Source of the DNA: an uncultured Smithella sp.
Lineage (GTDB): Bacteria > Desulfobacterota > Syntrophia > Syntrophales > Smithellaceae
DNA: 64,000 nt
Reading direction: 5' to 3'
Assembly (NCBI GenBank): GCA_964646755.1
Contig: CAZYIE010000001.1
Span: 4,160 to 68,159 of the forward strand
Shown here: positions 9,858 through 19,537 of the stretch, piece after piece
Layout of the letters: each line of letters opens with the position of its first letter
How positions within the stretch are numbered: the first letter of the stretch is position 1
The notes under the pieces: generated by a model
Seen by the model: the letters and a program-made list of their open reading frames with translations, nothing else
Database searches by the model: none
What the model was told of the DNA's origin: nothing
Made by a program: the position numbers and the translations under genes

Positions 9858-11126
9858 TTAATCCCTGCTGATTTTTTTGTTTTTCTTTTCCTCATACATA
9901 TGCATGTCGGCGCGAGACATCAGTTCATCAATAGAGTCAGGATGGCGGGGATCAAATACCGCATAACCGATACTGATGGAAAGATCGTACTTCCGGCCTT
10001 TGCGTGAATTGCTTTTTTTAATTATCTTGTGCAGCCTCTCCAACAGACCTTCTGCTGTTTTGTCGTGAGCGTCAATAGCCAGAATGGCAAATTCATCGCC
10101 GCCAATACGCGAAATAATATCAGATTCACGAAAAGTTTTAACGAGAATTCTTGCCGTATTCATCAAGGCTTTGTCGCCATCTTCGTGGCCAAGATTATCG
10201 TTAATCCATTTCATTTTGTCGATATCGGCAAAGAAAAGCAGCATTTTTTGTTTCGAACGTTTGGAAAATTTAAGTTGTCGTTCAGCAAGATTGATAAATC
10301 CTCTCCTGTTATAGAGGCCGGTGAGCTGATCGGTAAAGGCCATAGTTTCCAGATCATGTTCCATTTTCCGATGTTCAGTCAGATCAATGCCGAAAACAGC
10401 AATACGCACCACTTCCCCGTCGTTGTCGAAAACAGGGAAGAATGTCTGGTCGATATTGCGATTAAAACGCACATCCTCGAAACGTACCGGTTTGCCGCTC
10501 TCGATAACCAGGTCGGCCTGAGCCCTCCGTTGCTTGGCTATGTACGGTTCGACCAGATCATAGATGCAACTTCCCACTAACATGTCCGGAGAGAGACCAT
10601 ATCTTTTAGCCACCGTTTCATTGGCGGCGAGAATAATGCCGTCTTTATTCATGAGATAGAAAGATTCAGTAACGGCGTTAAGGAGAGCTCGTAAATTATT
10701 CTCGCTTTCCTGCAACATTTGCTCAGCTATTTTTCGCTGGGAAATATCACGGACGATGCTCAAAAGTATAGGTTCGTTGCCGATGATGGCGCCCTGAGAA
10801 TTGACTTCTACCGGAAATCTTTCGCCACTTTTTTTGATGTGGACTGTTTCCAGGATAAGACCGGAAGATGCGGAGGTATCCATCTGGGGCAGGAGCTGCT
10901 CGTTTGTTTCCGGCGCCTGCAGATCAAAAATTGTTTTAGTGAGTAATTCATCATGCGAGTATTGATAAACGCTTACGGCAGCAGTATTAGCCTCCAATAT
11001 TTTGCCGTCGCTGTGACGGACAAAGAGAATAGCATCCAGGGAATTGTGGATCAAAGATTCATATCTCTTTACCAACTCATTAATACTATCTTGCTGAAGA
11101 TTCTTTATCTCTATGGTGGGTGACAT
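9858..11126 (-). CDS. PAS-domain diguanylate cyclase (GGDEF, with an RxxD I-site)
   Basis: Two PAS-like segments are followed by LTGLYNRR and RESDIISRIGGDEFAIL. The start was moved to the ATG at 11126 (MSPTIEIK, GGAG RBS), 1 nt after the upstream gene's stop. Confidence 0.85.
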   Translation of the reverse strand: MSPTIEIKNLQQDSINELVKRYESLIHNSLDAILFVRHSDGKILEANTAAVSVYQYSHDELLTKTIFDLQAPETNEQLLPQMDTSASSGLILETVHIKKSGERFPVEVNSQGAIIGNEPILLSIVRDISQRKIAEQMLQESENNLRALLNAVTESFYLMNKDGIILAANETVAKRYGLSPDMLVGSCIYDLVEPYIAKQRRAQADLVIESGKPVRFEDVRFNRNIDQTFFPVFDNDGEVVRIAVFGIDLTEHRKMEHDLETMAFTDQLTGLYNRRGFINLAERQLKFSKRSKQKMLLFFADIDKMKWINDNLGHEDGDKALMNTARILVKTFRESDIISRIGGDEFAILAIDAHDKTAEGLLERLHKIIKKSNSRKGRKYDLSISIGYAVFDPRHPDSIDELMSRADMHMYEEKKNKKISRD

Positions 11127-11127
11127 T

Positions 11128-11856
11128 TCATTCTCCCTGATTGGCGTTAAGCGATTTTCTTCTATCCTCCAGGAAGCTATTATAAATGCGATAATTATCA
11201 GTATTTTCGTATAGGACGGGCGCGACCTGCTTTTGGTCGAAAGAGTATATTCGGGCACTGGGACAAGCCAACAATAGTGGCGAATGAGTAGCAATTATAA
11301 ATTGCGCATGCCCGGCGTCCCCAATATTTTTAACGATATCGAGTAATTCAATCTGGCTGCGCGGCGACAGGCCAGTTTCCGGTTCATCCAGCAGATAGAG
11401 GCCTTTAATTTGGTAACGGCTGCGGAAAAATGACATTAGCGACTGTCCATGTGATTGAATGGTTAATGATTTTCCGCCGAAATAATTCAGCTGCCCCCGA
11501 TCGGTGGCGGCCCACGCGTCTAAAAGTTCCACAAAATGCTGAAAAATATTAGAGCCGAAAAAAGATCCCGGCACCCGACCGTTAACCCATTCTACCGAAA
11601 TATATTTATGCAGCATGTCTTCGTAAGGGTTATGATCCGGTCGGGGTCTCTCTGAATTGCGCCAGATATGGATGTTACAGGCGGTAGCCAAGGCTTCCAG
11701 TAAAGTGGATTTTCCCGTACCATTCTCACCGGCAAACAGTGTAACCGCTGAGTCCAACTGGATCTGCTTGGTTTCATGAAAAATAGGCAGATTGAAAGGA
11801 TAGCTCGTGCAGGCTGGATATTTTTCCGGATGCAAAGTAATATTTTTCAGATGCAT
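11128..11856 (-). CDS. ABC/AAA-type ATPase (COG3910-like predicted ATPase)
   Basis: Walker A GENGTGKST, Q-loop/signature-like SHGQS, and Walker B LYLLDEPE. Length is 242 aa. Confidence 0.75.
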   Translation of the reverse strand: MHLKNITLHPEKYPACTSYPFNLPIFHETKQIQLDSAVTLFAGENGTGKSTLLEALATACNIHIWRNSERPRPDHNPYEDMLHKYISVEWVNGRVPGSFFGSNIFQHFVELLDAWAATDRGQLNYFGGKSLTIQSHGQSLMSFFRSRYQIKGLYLLDEPETGLSPRSQIELLDIVKNIGDAGHAQFIIATHSPLLLACPSARIYSFDQKQVAPVLYENTDNYRIYNSFLEDRRKSLNANQGE

Positions 11857-11923
11857 GGAAAGATTTCCTTATCTGGGAAAGAGTATATTTTCGGTAACTT
11901 TTAATCTACTACATGCCATGTTT

Positions 11924-13504
11924 TTAGCAATCTGCTGTTGGCGGCCGTAATTGTTTGTTAAGCAATCCTCGGGACAGCATGCTCAATAGTCCTTGGCCGG
12001 GTCTGTATTCCTTGCCCTGTAAGAGCAAAAATTCCACTTTCAATTTTCTCAAGTCTTCCGGTTTCATGTCCAGCGGATTTCTGTTCAGTACTACCATGTC
12101 GGCAACCTTGTCTGTTTCGAGAGTCCCCCGCTGCTTTTCGTCGAAACTCATCCAGGCAGCGTTGCTGGTAAAAAGCTTGAGTGCGTCTTGAATTGCAAGA
12201 GATTCTTCCGGGACCGTGTTATTGCAGGCACAATAGATTCCTTCAATGGGATCGGGCAGCGTACAGGGAGCGTCAGACCCACCGCTGACAGTTATTCCCA
12301 TATCCACCATTTTCTTCAAAGGATTAAGTTTATACGCCCTGTTCCCGAGAATTTTTTCCAGATATTCCATAGGTTCGAGCGCCCAATGAATAAACGCCGG
12401 CTGGGCGGCAATCCCGATACCGAGCCTGGCTACTTTTTCAAGGCCGGCATCGGTCGGCAGACAAGCGTGGATTATCGTATGTCTGTGGTCCTCCCGTGGA
12501 TATTCTTTCAAGGCCAGTTCCAGTGCATTGACTGCTTGATCGAAGGCGGCGTCACCGATCGCATGCATTTCAATTTGCAGATTGGCGCGGTTGGCCTTTT
12601 TCACAAACGCATTAACGTCTTCCTGGTCATAAAAAAGCACTCCTTTGTTTGCGGGATCGCTCGAGTATGGTTCTGCAAGCGCTGCATCAACTGAACCGAA
12701 GCAACCATCGAGCGCGGCGGCAAAACACCCGCCGATACGCGGCAGTTTGCGTTTTTGAACCTTACTGATTTCTATTGTCTGGAAAAAAATGCGCACGGCA
12801 AAAGGATTGGATAATCCGCGGGCAATAAATCGGATCAGATCAACATCGAGATCTCTTGGAAAGCCGACACCTTCAGCAGTATGAATCATTCCGATACCTT
12901 TTGCGGCGAGGAGATCAAAACCACGCAGAGAGTTTTTTACTAAAGCAACTGGTGATACTTTCCCTGTAATAAAATCGGTTGCCGCAAAATATGCCTCCTG
13001 ATTGAGCTGGCCTGTGCCTGAATGAAATCCACGTAAAGAACTGATTTTAGGAGGAAGCATCTCCAGCATACGGGTATTGTTTACTGAGGCATGGCCGTCG
13101 TATTTGATGAGCATGACAGGTATTTCAGGAAAGGCTCGATTAAGGTCGATCTTTTCGATGAGTCTTTTTTCCTTTACATTATGGGCGGAAACGCCGAAAC
13201 CGAGCACAGTTTTGGGATTGTTGGCAACAATGTACTGTTCAATCAAAGCGATTATTTCAGCTATGGAAGTGGCCTGCCTTACATCGAGGCTGGAAGCAAA
13301 AAAGGCGAAAGATGAATAGTGCAAGTGAGTGTCGGCAAAAGCCGGCAGCAACGCCTTTTCCCCAAGAAGTACCCTGGGGGAAGAAAGATATTCAAGAGGC
13401 AGTACGTTGCCGACAAAGCGGATGATTCCGTTATCTTCGATCAGATATTGAAATACAGAATTTTTACGATCACAGCTAACAATAGTTCCTTCGTAGATCT
13501 TCAT
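11924..13504 (-). CDS. Amidohydrolase-family metallo-hydrolase (YtcJ-like, amidohydrolase_3)
   Basis: N-terminal FADTHLHY metal motif, a C-terminal SGGSDAP-type motif, and LNRNP. Length is 526 aa. Confidence 0.8.
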   Translation of the reverse strand: MKIYEGTIVSCDRKNSVFQYLIEDNGIIRFVGNVLPLEYLSSPRVLLGEKALLPAFADTHLHYSSFAFFASSLDVRQATSIAEIIALIEQYIVANNPKTVLGFGVSAHNVKEKRLIEKIDLNRAFPEIPVMLIKYDGHASVNNTRMLEMLPPKISSLRGFHSGTGQLNQEAYFAATDFITGKVSPVALVKNSLRGFDLLAAKGIGMIHTAEGVGFPRDLDVDLIRFIARGLSNPFAVRIFFQTIEISKVQKRKLPRIGGCFAAALDGCFGSVDAALAEPYSSDPANKGVLFYDQEDVNAFVKKANRANLQIEMHAIGDAAFDQAVNALELALKEYPREDHRHTIIHACLPTDAGLEKVARLGIGIAAQPAFIHWALEPMEYLEKILGNRAYKLNPLKKMVDMGITVSGGSDAPCTLPDPIEGIYCACNNTVPEESLAIQDALKLFTSNAAWMSFDEKQRGTLETDKVADMVVLNRNPLDMKPEDLRKLKVEFLLLQGKEYRPGQGLLSMLSRGLLNKQLRPPTADC

Positions 13505-13683
13505 AAGATGGGGCAGCCTCCTTAAGCATTTATTGGCTTACTTGCTGCTAAAAATGAACTGTCTGTAATCAAAATTGTCCAACTTTCTATCACTTATTTT
13601 GTTGAAAAACAATAATGATGTTTACTGACAATCTGTTATAATACAATTAACCGGTGAAAGAAATCTAAGGGGAACATATTATC

Positions 13684-14385
13684 ATGTTAAGTATTGAACA
13701 ATTCCGTTATGACGCCGATAATTTCGCTTACTTAATCTATGGGAAAAGACAGGCGCTGGCCATCGACGGCGGCGCCTGGCAGGAAATACTTGCTTTTCTG
13801 AAAAGCAACTCTCTGGAACTTAAGGTTGTAACCAATACGCACGGGCACTTTGACCATACATCGGGCAATGATGAATTACGAAAGCTCACAAAAGCAAAAT
13901 TTCTGGATTTTGCCGGGCTTACCGACAATAAAGAAATTTCCATTGACGGAGAAAAAATCTTTGTTTATCGGACTCCCGGACATAGCGCTGATTCTGTTTG
14001 CTTTCATGCCGGTCATGCTCTTATCTCCGGTGATACTCTCTTCAACGGCACCATCGGTAATTGTTTTACCGGTGATCTGAAAAGTTTTTATCTTTCCGTC
14101 AAGCGCCTGATGGCTCTGCCGGATGAGACGGTAATTTATGCCGGACACGATTATGTCCGGGATTCTCTGGCTTTTGCCAGATATCTGGAACCGGACAATA
14201 AGGAGATCGACAATTTCCTGGGCTTCTATGATTCGCATCATGTCTGTTCGACAATGGCCGAGGAACGGCGGATCAATCCTTATCTGCGGTTTAACGAAGA
14301 GCCCATCGTTCAACTTCTGAAAAAACAAAACCTTTCCTGCGCCACAGAATGGGAGCGCTGGGAATCACTAATGGCGATTGAATGA
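13684..14385 (+). CDS. MBL-fold hydrolase, hydroxyacylglutathione hydrolase (GloB)-like
   Basis: THGHFDHTSGN motif, TPGHSADS, and GHDY. Length is 233 aa. Confidence 0.8.
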   Translation: MLSIEQFRYDADNFAYLIYGKRQALAIDGGAWQEILAFLKSNSLELKVVTNTHGHFDHTSGNDELRKLTKAKFLDFAGLTDNKEISIDGEKIFVYRTPGHSADSVCFHAGHALISGDTLFNGTIGNCFTGDLKSFYLSVKRLMALPDETVIYAGHDYVRDSLAFARYLEPDNKEIDNFLGFYDSHHVCSTMAEERRINPYLRFNEEPIVQLLKKQNLSCATEWERWESLMAIE

Positions 14386-14410
14386 ATCATTATAAATAAA
14401 GGAGGGCAAT

Positions 14411-14701
14411 ATGGCCGATAACCCCGATGTGCAGCAACCACAGTCAATAAAAATCAACACTGTCGATGAAATATCAAGAGGAAGGTACAGCAATATGATT
14501 CTGGCATCACACGGCACGGACGAGTTTATGCTGGACTGGCTTTTGAATTCACCCAATGGTCCCCACCTGGTGGCAAGAATAATATTGAGTCCGGCCAATC
14601 TGAAGCGCACTATCGAAACCCTTAAGCTCAACTTGCAGGAGTACGAAAAAAAATATGGAGTCGTTAAGTTACTGGAGACGGATGACCAAAACTTTCATTA
14701 A
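14411..14701 (+). CDS. DUF3467 domain protein
   Basis: RGRYSNMILASHGTDEFMLDW...ARIILSPANLKRTIETL matches the DUF3467 pattern. Confidence 0.6.
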   Translation: MADNPDVQQPQSIKINTVDEISRGRYSNMILASHGTDEFMLDWLLNSPNGPHLVARIILSPANLKRTIETLKLNLQEYEKKYGVVKLLETDDQNFH

Positions 14702-14751
14702 ACGAAAAATTATCGACGAAGTCCTGCTGAAATAAGTCCCGTTTTTTGCTT

Positions 14752-15186
14752 CTAAGACTTTCCGGCAATCTGTAAATTTTTCGCTTTTTCCTGGAGAGCA
14801 ATATCTTCGGGGTCCTTCGGATTAATGATAATACCGTGGGGAATGCCCCGGGCATCTTTGTCCACATGGATGAAGGTGATAAAGCCGTCGAGCAGGAAAT
14901 CTTCGTTGCTGTTGTCCACAACTTTGACGTAGGATACCAAGCGAGTTTTTCCTGCCAGGACGATCTTGCTTTCAAAGCGGATGATGGAACCGTTGTGGAT
15001 GGGCTTCATAAAGAGCATCCCGTGGATATTAAGACAAACGATACTTTGCGGATTTGTGAGGCTTGCGGCAGCGATGAAACCGGCCTCCACGAACCACATC
15101 GCTGTCTTTCCCGCAAACAGAGTTCCGTGGTGGTTAAGGTCGTCGCCTTTCACCATATGGTTGGTGATGTGTGCTTTGAGTTTCAT
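14752..15186 (-). CDS. Acyl-CoA thioesterase (hotdog fold, YciA/BFIT-like)
   Basis: DLNHHGTLFAGKTAMWFVEAG. Length is 144 aa. It is on the opposite strand to tolQ, so it is not an operonic ybgC. Confidence 0.75.
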   Translation of the reverse strand: MKLKAHITNHMVKGDDLNHHGTLFAGKTAMWFVEAGFIAAASLTNPQSIVCLNIHGMLFMKPIHNGSIIRFESKIVLAGKTRLVSYVKVVDNSNEDFLLDGFITFIHVDKDARGIPHGIIINPKDPEDIALQEKAKNLQIAGKS

Positions 15187-15424
15187 TCGTCCCTCCTTTC
15201 AGGGTCAGTTTTTCGATTTGCCAGGAAATGCGAGAAGCGCTGCTCTTATCGCCGCAATGATTTTTTACGCAGACAAGTTCTTAAATTTATATTTCTTAAT
15301 GGCTATATCTTATTTTTAGTTGTGATTCAATTATGGAAATGGAATAAAAAAGATGTATTGACAACACCATATTTTTACTTTAGGTTACGCTCCAAGTTTT
15401 TAATTCAATTTTGGAGACAAAAAA

Positions 15425-16147
15425 GTGAAAGATATTGGCTCTTTGGATGTAGGTGGAAATTTTCATGGAAGCCTCATCGGCATGATTCTCGATGCGGGGT
15501 ACATGGTTAAATTTGTTTTGCTTTTACTTCTTATCTTTTCTGTAGTTTCCTGGGCAATCATTTTCCTTAAATATAAATATTACCGAAATGTTAAAAAAGA
15601 AAATGAGCTGTTTAACTCGGATTATCTGAAGAGCACCAAGCTTTCCGACGTTCTGCCGGCAGCAAAAAAATACAACTATTCCACGACGGCGGAAGTTTTT
15701 CGTGTGGGCTATGCGGAATTAACAAAAACAAATAAGCCTTTTAAAGAGTCAACTTCCGGCAGCAATGAAATCGGCCTTTCCTCTCTGGATAATGTAGAGA
15801 GATCTTTGAATAAAGCCTGCAATGCTGAAATGACCAAGCTCGAGAGTGCCCTGGGTTTTTTAGCAACGACCGGTTCGGCCAGCCCGTTCATCGGCCTGTT
15901 TGGGACGGTATGGGGAATTATGGACACCTTCAAGGGTATTGGCGCACGGGGATCAGCAACTCTTGCTGTTGTGGCGCCCGGCATTTCCGAAGCTCTGATT
16001 GCAACTGCAGCAGGGCTTGCCGCTGCAATACCGGCTGTTATTTTCTACAATTATTTCCTTAATCGCGCCAAAACAATGGTTCAGGAAATGGACAATTTCT
16101 CCGCTGAATTTTTAAATATTGTTGAACGGTATTTAGTGCGAAAATAA
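15425..16147 (+). CDS. tolQ: Tol-Pal system protein TolQ (MotA/TolQ/ExbB proton channel)
   Basis: Conserved LATTGSASPFIGLFGTVWGIM and APGISEALIATAAGL. GTG start after a GGAG RBS. Located in a Tol-Pal cluster. Confidence 0.85.
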   Translation: MKDIGSLDVGGNFHGSLIGMILDAGYMVKFVLLLLLIFSVVSWAIIFLKYKYYRNVKKENELFNSDYLKSTKLSDVLPAAKKYNYSTTAEVFRVGYAELTKTNKPFKESTSGSNEIGLSSLDNVERSLNKACNAEMTKLESALGFLATTGSASPFIGLFGTVWGIMDTFKGIGARGSATLAVVAPGISEALIATAAGLAAAIPAVIFYNYFLNRAKTMVQEMDNFSAEFLNIVERYLVRK

Positions 16148-16172
16148 CCTCATTTCTCCGGGAATTATAAAC

Positions 16173-16595
16173 ATGCGCTATTTACGCAGACGAAATAATC
16201 ACTCCAAAGCCCTTTCGGAAATCAATGTTACACCGTTGGTTGATGTTATGCTGGTGCTTTTAATCATCTTCATGGTAACGGCGCCGATGCTTTCCATGGG
16301 CATTGATGTCAACCTTCCCCGCGTTAAATCAAAAAGCGTCGATGTCACTGAGGAAAAACTGGTCTTAACAGTTAATGAGACTAAGGGAATTTATTTAAAT
16401 AAGGTAAAGATACCTCTTAGTGAACTGGGTCCCAAGCTGGAAGCCATATTCGCCAGCAGGATTGACAGGGAAGTTTTCCTGCGTGCCGATAAAAACGTAC
16501 CTTATGGGTTTATTGTCGAAGTCATGTCGGAAGTGCGAAAGGCAGGCGTTGATAAGCTGGGAATGATTACGGAGCCTCCTGAGGACAGGAAATGA
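16173..16595 (+). CDS. tolR: Tol-Pal system protein TolR (ExbD/TolR family)
   Basis: INVTPLVDVMLVLLIIFM anchor. Length is 140 aa. It lies between tolQ and the tolA-like gene. Confidence 0.85.
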   Translation: MRYLRRRNNHSKALSEINVTPLVDVMLVLLIIFMVTAPMLSMGIDVNLPRVKSKSVDVTEEKLVLTVNETKGIYLNKVKIPLSELGPKLEAIFASRIDREVFLRADKNVPYGFIVEVMSEVRKAGVDKLGMITEPPEDRK

Positions 16596-17326
16596 CTTAC
16601 CCGTCGTATAACAATGGATACAGCGGCAAATATCCAAGCTTGCACAACATGATCATTCTCTCCCTGATTGCCCATTTCATAGTAATAACCATTGTCCTTG
16701 TGTCCCTTCCTTCAGCATCAAGACATTTGACATTCGGACCAGTTTATTCCGTTTCGCTGGTCAGTTCCGATGTTGTTTTATCAGGAAATCAGGCATCATC
16801 ATTGCTCCAGGAGATTGGGAAATCCAACGAAGCGGCAAACTCGGTTATTTACAAAAAGGAGATGAGCCGTTTGGCCGGCACTCCGGTTAAAAAAGAAGAA
16901 ACAAACCGGCTGAATATTGAAAAGGCAATAAGTGCAATTAAACAGAAAGAATCAGCAGCGCCGGAGTCAACATCCGCTTCTTTACGGAACAATTCGGGAA
17001 ATCGACCGGTCAGAATGACCTCAGGTGAGGCAGCAGCAAAGATAAATGATTACGCTAATCTTGTATCATCAAAAGTGCATAATAATTGGTCGATACCGCC
17101 AGAAATGAAACCACGCGGCAAAATCGAAACTATTATCGAAATAAAAATTATGCGCGACGGTTCACTGGCATATGCCGGATTTGAAAAACGGTCCGGTAAT
17201 AGCTTTTATGATGAATCCGCCATGAAAGCAGTTAAAAAATCGGTGCCGTTTCCACCCTTGCCGGGAGGGTTTCCCGACAACATTATGGAAATAGGCATCC
17301 GTTTTCATCCTTCACAATTACGCTGA
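16592..17326 (+). CDS. tolA: TolA-like protein with a TonB/TolA C-terminal domain
   Basis: ATGA overlap with tolR, a single N-terminal TM segment, and a C-terminal TonB_C-like domain (IEIKIMRDGSL...AMKAVKKSVPFPPLP). Its position between tolR and tolB supports the call. Confidence 0.7.
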   Translation: MTYPSYNNGYSGKYPSLHNMIILSLIAHFIVITIVLVSLPSASRHLTFGPVYSVSLVSSDVVLSGNQASSLLQEIGKSNEAANSVIYKKEMSRLAGTPVKKEETNRLNIEKAISAIKQKESAAPESTSASLRNNSGNRPVRMTSGEAAAKINDYANLVSSKVHNNWSIPPEMKPRGKIETIIEIKIMRDGSLAYAGFEKRSGNSFYDESAMKAVKKSVPFPPLPGGFPDNIMEIGIRFHPSQLR

Positions 17327-17328
17327 TT

Positions 17329-18675
17329 ATGCAGAAAGGTAAATATTCGCTCATGAGAAAGTACTTTTTATCAATGCTGATTGCTGTGCTGATCTTTGCA
17401 CCTTTGTTTGTAAGCAGCGATGTTGCAGCTAAAGTATATATTGATGTTGATTCGCCTAATTTCCAGCTTTTTCCTATAGCAATTTGTGATTTTGATGTTA
17501 CTGATTCCAACGCCGCACCTAAATCCAAAGATTTAGGTATTTCGCTTGCTGATGAAGTAAAAAGATATTTAATCATGACGGGATTTTTTAATCCTTTGAA
17601 TAAAAAAAGTTTTTTGGACGACAAAACTACTAATTCCCCATCTGCCAACATTGCTTTTGCCAACTGGGCGATGATCGGCGCCGATTATCTGGTAGTCGGA
17701 AGTGTTGCGCAAAGCGACAAAGAAACAACTAACGAATGCCGTCTATTCGACGTAATCAGAGGAGATCTTCTGTTCAATAAAAAATATAACGCTCCCGGTA
17801 AAGATTTAAAAGCTCTGGCAAAAAAGATTGCCTCCGACATATTACTTGAGCTTACCGGCGATGAAGGTGATTTTAATACTCAAATTGCGTTTGTTGCCAA
17901 AAAAGGGAATAAGGCCGATATTTACACTGTGAATTATGATGGATCCGACCAGAAAACTCTGACCAATCATCGCGCTATCATTGTTTCCCCTCGCTGGTCG
18001 CCGGATGGTCGGTTTATGGCTTTTACATCATTTAAAGGCGGTGCGCCGGAAGTCTATATTCGGGACTTAAAAAATGGTTCGGAAAGAAAAGTTGCTTCCT
18101 TTGAGGGCCTTAATCTTTGTGGTTACTGGTCACCCGATGGGCAGAAAATATTATTGACATTAAGCAAGGACGGCAACGAGGAATTATATGTCCTCGAAGC
18201 AGAAAATCTAAGATTGCAAAGACTGACAAATAACTATGCAATTGATGTTTCTCCTGCCTGGTCACCGGATGGCAAAAAAATTGCCTTTGTTTCCAACCGT
18301 GGCGGATCACCGCAAATTTACTCAATGGACGCTGACGGAAATAATGTCAAAAGAATCACTTTCGAAGGGAACTATAACACCACCCCCTCCTGGTCGCCAC
18401 GGGGCGGCAGGATTGCCTATGAAGGGCTTATTAGCGGAAAATATCAAATCTTTACAATAGATGAAGAGGGCAATAACCTGCTGCAACTCACTTTTGATGC
18501 TGCTGATAACGAATCTCCGTCCTGGTCTCCTTCCGGCCGGCAGATTGTCTATAGTTCGAGAACAAATTCAAAAAGCAAAATTTGTATTATGAATGCCAAT
18601 GGACTGGGTGGCAGAGTTTTGAAGGAAAATGGCGGCAGCGTGACGATGCCAATGTGGTCACCGCGGTGGAAATAG
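17329..18675 (+). CDS. tolB: Tol-Pal system beta-propeller protein TolB
   Basis: Repeated SP(R/A)WSPDG(K/R) blades, a signal peptide, and 448 aa. Confidence 0.9.
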   Translation: MQKGKYSLMRKYFLSMLIAVLIFAPLFVSSDVAAKVYIDVDSPNFQLFPIAICDFDVTDSNAAPKSKDLGISLADEVKRYLIMTGFFNPLNKKSFLDDKTTNSPSANIAFANWAMIGADYLVVGSVAQSDKETTNECRLFDVIRGDLLFNKKYNAPGKDLKALAKKIASDILLELTGDEGDFNTQIAFVAKKGNKADIYTVNYDGSDQKTLTNHRAIIVSPRWSPDGRFMAFTSFKGGAPEVYIRDLKNGSERKVASFEGLNLCGYWSPDGQKILLTLSKDGNEELYVLEAENLRLQRLTNNYAIDVSPAWSPDGKKIAFVSNRGGSPQIYSMDADGNNVKRITFEGNYNTTPSWSPRGGRIAYEGLISGKYQIFTIDEEGNNLLQLTFDAADNESPSWSPSGRQIVYSSRTNSKSKICIMNANGLGGRVLKENGGSVTMPMWSPRWK

Positions 18676-18916
18676 TTTTTTCCTTAGCCGATTTTAAGGT
18701 TGTAATTTTTTATTGTTTACCGTATATAAAAACTAACTATGATAAGACCTGAATTTGACAGGAATATCGAAAAACAACGCGGCTGTCGGGCTTCGCCTTA
18801 AAACTTCCCACAATTTTGTCAATGATTTTCATTGATGTAATATGTCAACTGTGTTTAATTGATGGAAAGTGTTATTTTTATAACCTTAATTTTTGAATTG
18901 AAAGGAGATTTTAAGA

Positions 18917-19516
18917 ATGAAAAAGAACTTAACTTGGATAGGATTTTTAATCGTGCTTGCGTTTAGTCTGAGCATGTTTACCGGTTGCGCGGAAAAAAAG
19001 GCAGTAGTAAAAGAAGGTGCTGCTCAGGATCAGCAGGTTACATCTGATCAGGCCGCAAAAGATGCAGCAAAAGCAGAAGCTGATCGCCTGGCCAGAGAGC
19101 AGGCAGAAAAAGATCGTCTGGCCAGAGAGTTGGCGGAAAAAGAACAGTCAGCTAAAGTCCAAGCAGCAGCCGCCGTAGAAGAAGCAGTAAAAGATATTTA
19201 TTTTGATTTCGACAAGTCTAATATTCGACCCGATGCCCGCGAAGTCCTCAAGGCTAATGCCGATTATTTTCTAAAAAACAGTGCTGCCTCCATTGTTATT
19301 GAAGGCAACTGCGACGAAAGAGGTACTGCCGAATACAATATGGCCTTGGGTCAAAGGCGCGCTCAGGAAGCAAAGAAATATCTGATAAATCTGGGTGTAA
19401 AAGCATCCGCCATAAAGGCAATAAGCTACGGAAAAGAACGCCCGATTGATCCCGGACATGACGAACAGGCATGGGCAAAGAATCGTCGGGATCACTTTGT
19501 GGTAAAGACCAAATAA
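18917..19516 (+). CDS. pal: Peptidoglycan-associated lipoprotein Pal (OmpA family)
   Basis: Lipobox FTGC. The OmpA-like domain reads IYFDFDKSNIRPDA...EGNCDERGTAEYNMALGQRRA. Confidence 0.9.
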   Translation: MKKNLTWIGFLIVLAFSLSMFTGCAEKKAVVKEGAAQDQQVTSDQAAKDAAKAEADRLAREQAEKDRLARELAEKEQSAKVQAAAAVEEAVKDIYFDFDKSNIRPDAREVLKANADYFLKNSAASIVIEGNCDERGTAEYNMALGQRRAQEAKKYLINLGVKASAIKAISYGKERPIDPGHDEQAWAKNRRDHFVVKTK

Positions 19517-19537
19517 TTTAGCGCTGAGGTTAAAAAA

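Noticed and set aside
11127-11294. N-terminal extensions in the ORF track: GGDEF gene to 11294; permease to 61934; rpsI from 23118; ctpA from 26260; pbpG-like gene from 31580; ftsL from 38704.
   Set aside because: The extensions overlap the preceding gene or use weak start codons. Internal ATGs with proper RBS spacing, lying immediately after the upstream stop, fit better.
14752-15186. Thioesterase next to tolQ as the Tol-Pal-associated ybgC.
   Set aside because: It is encoded on the opposite strand, divergent from tolQ, so it is not part of the tol operon. It is called a generic hotdog acyl-CoA thioesterase.
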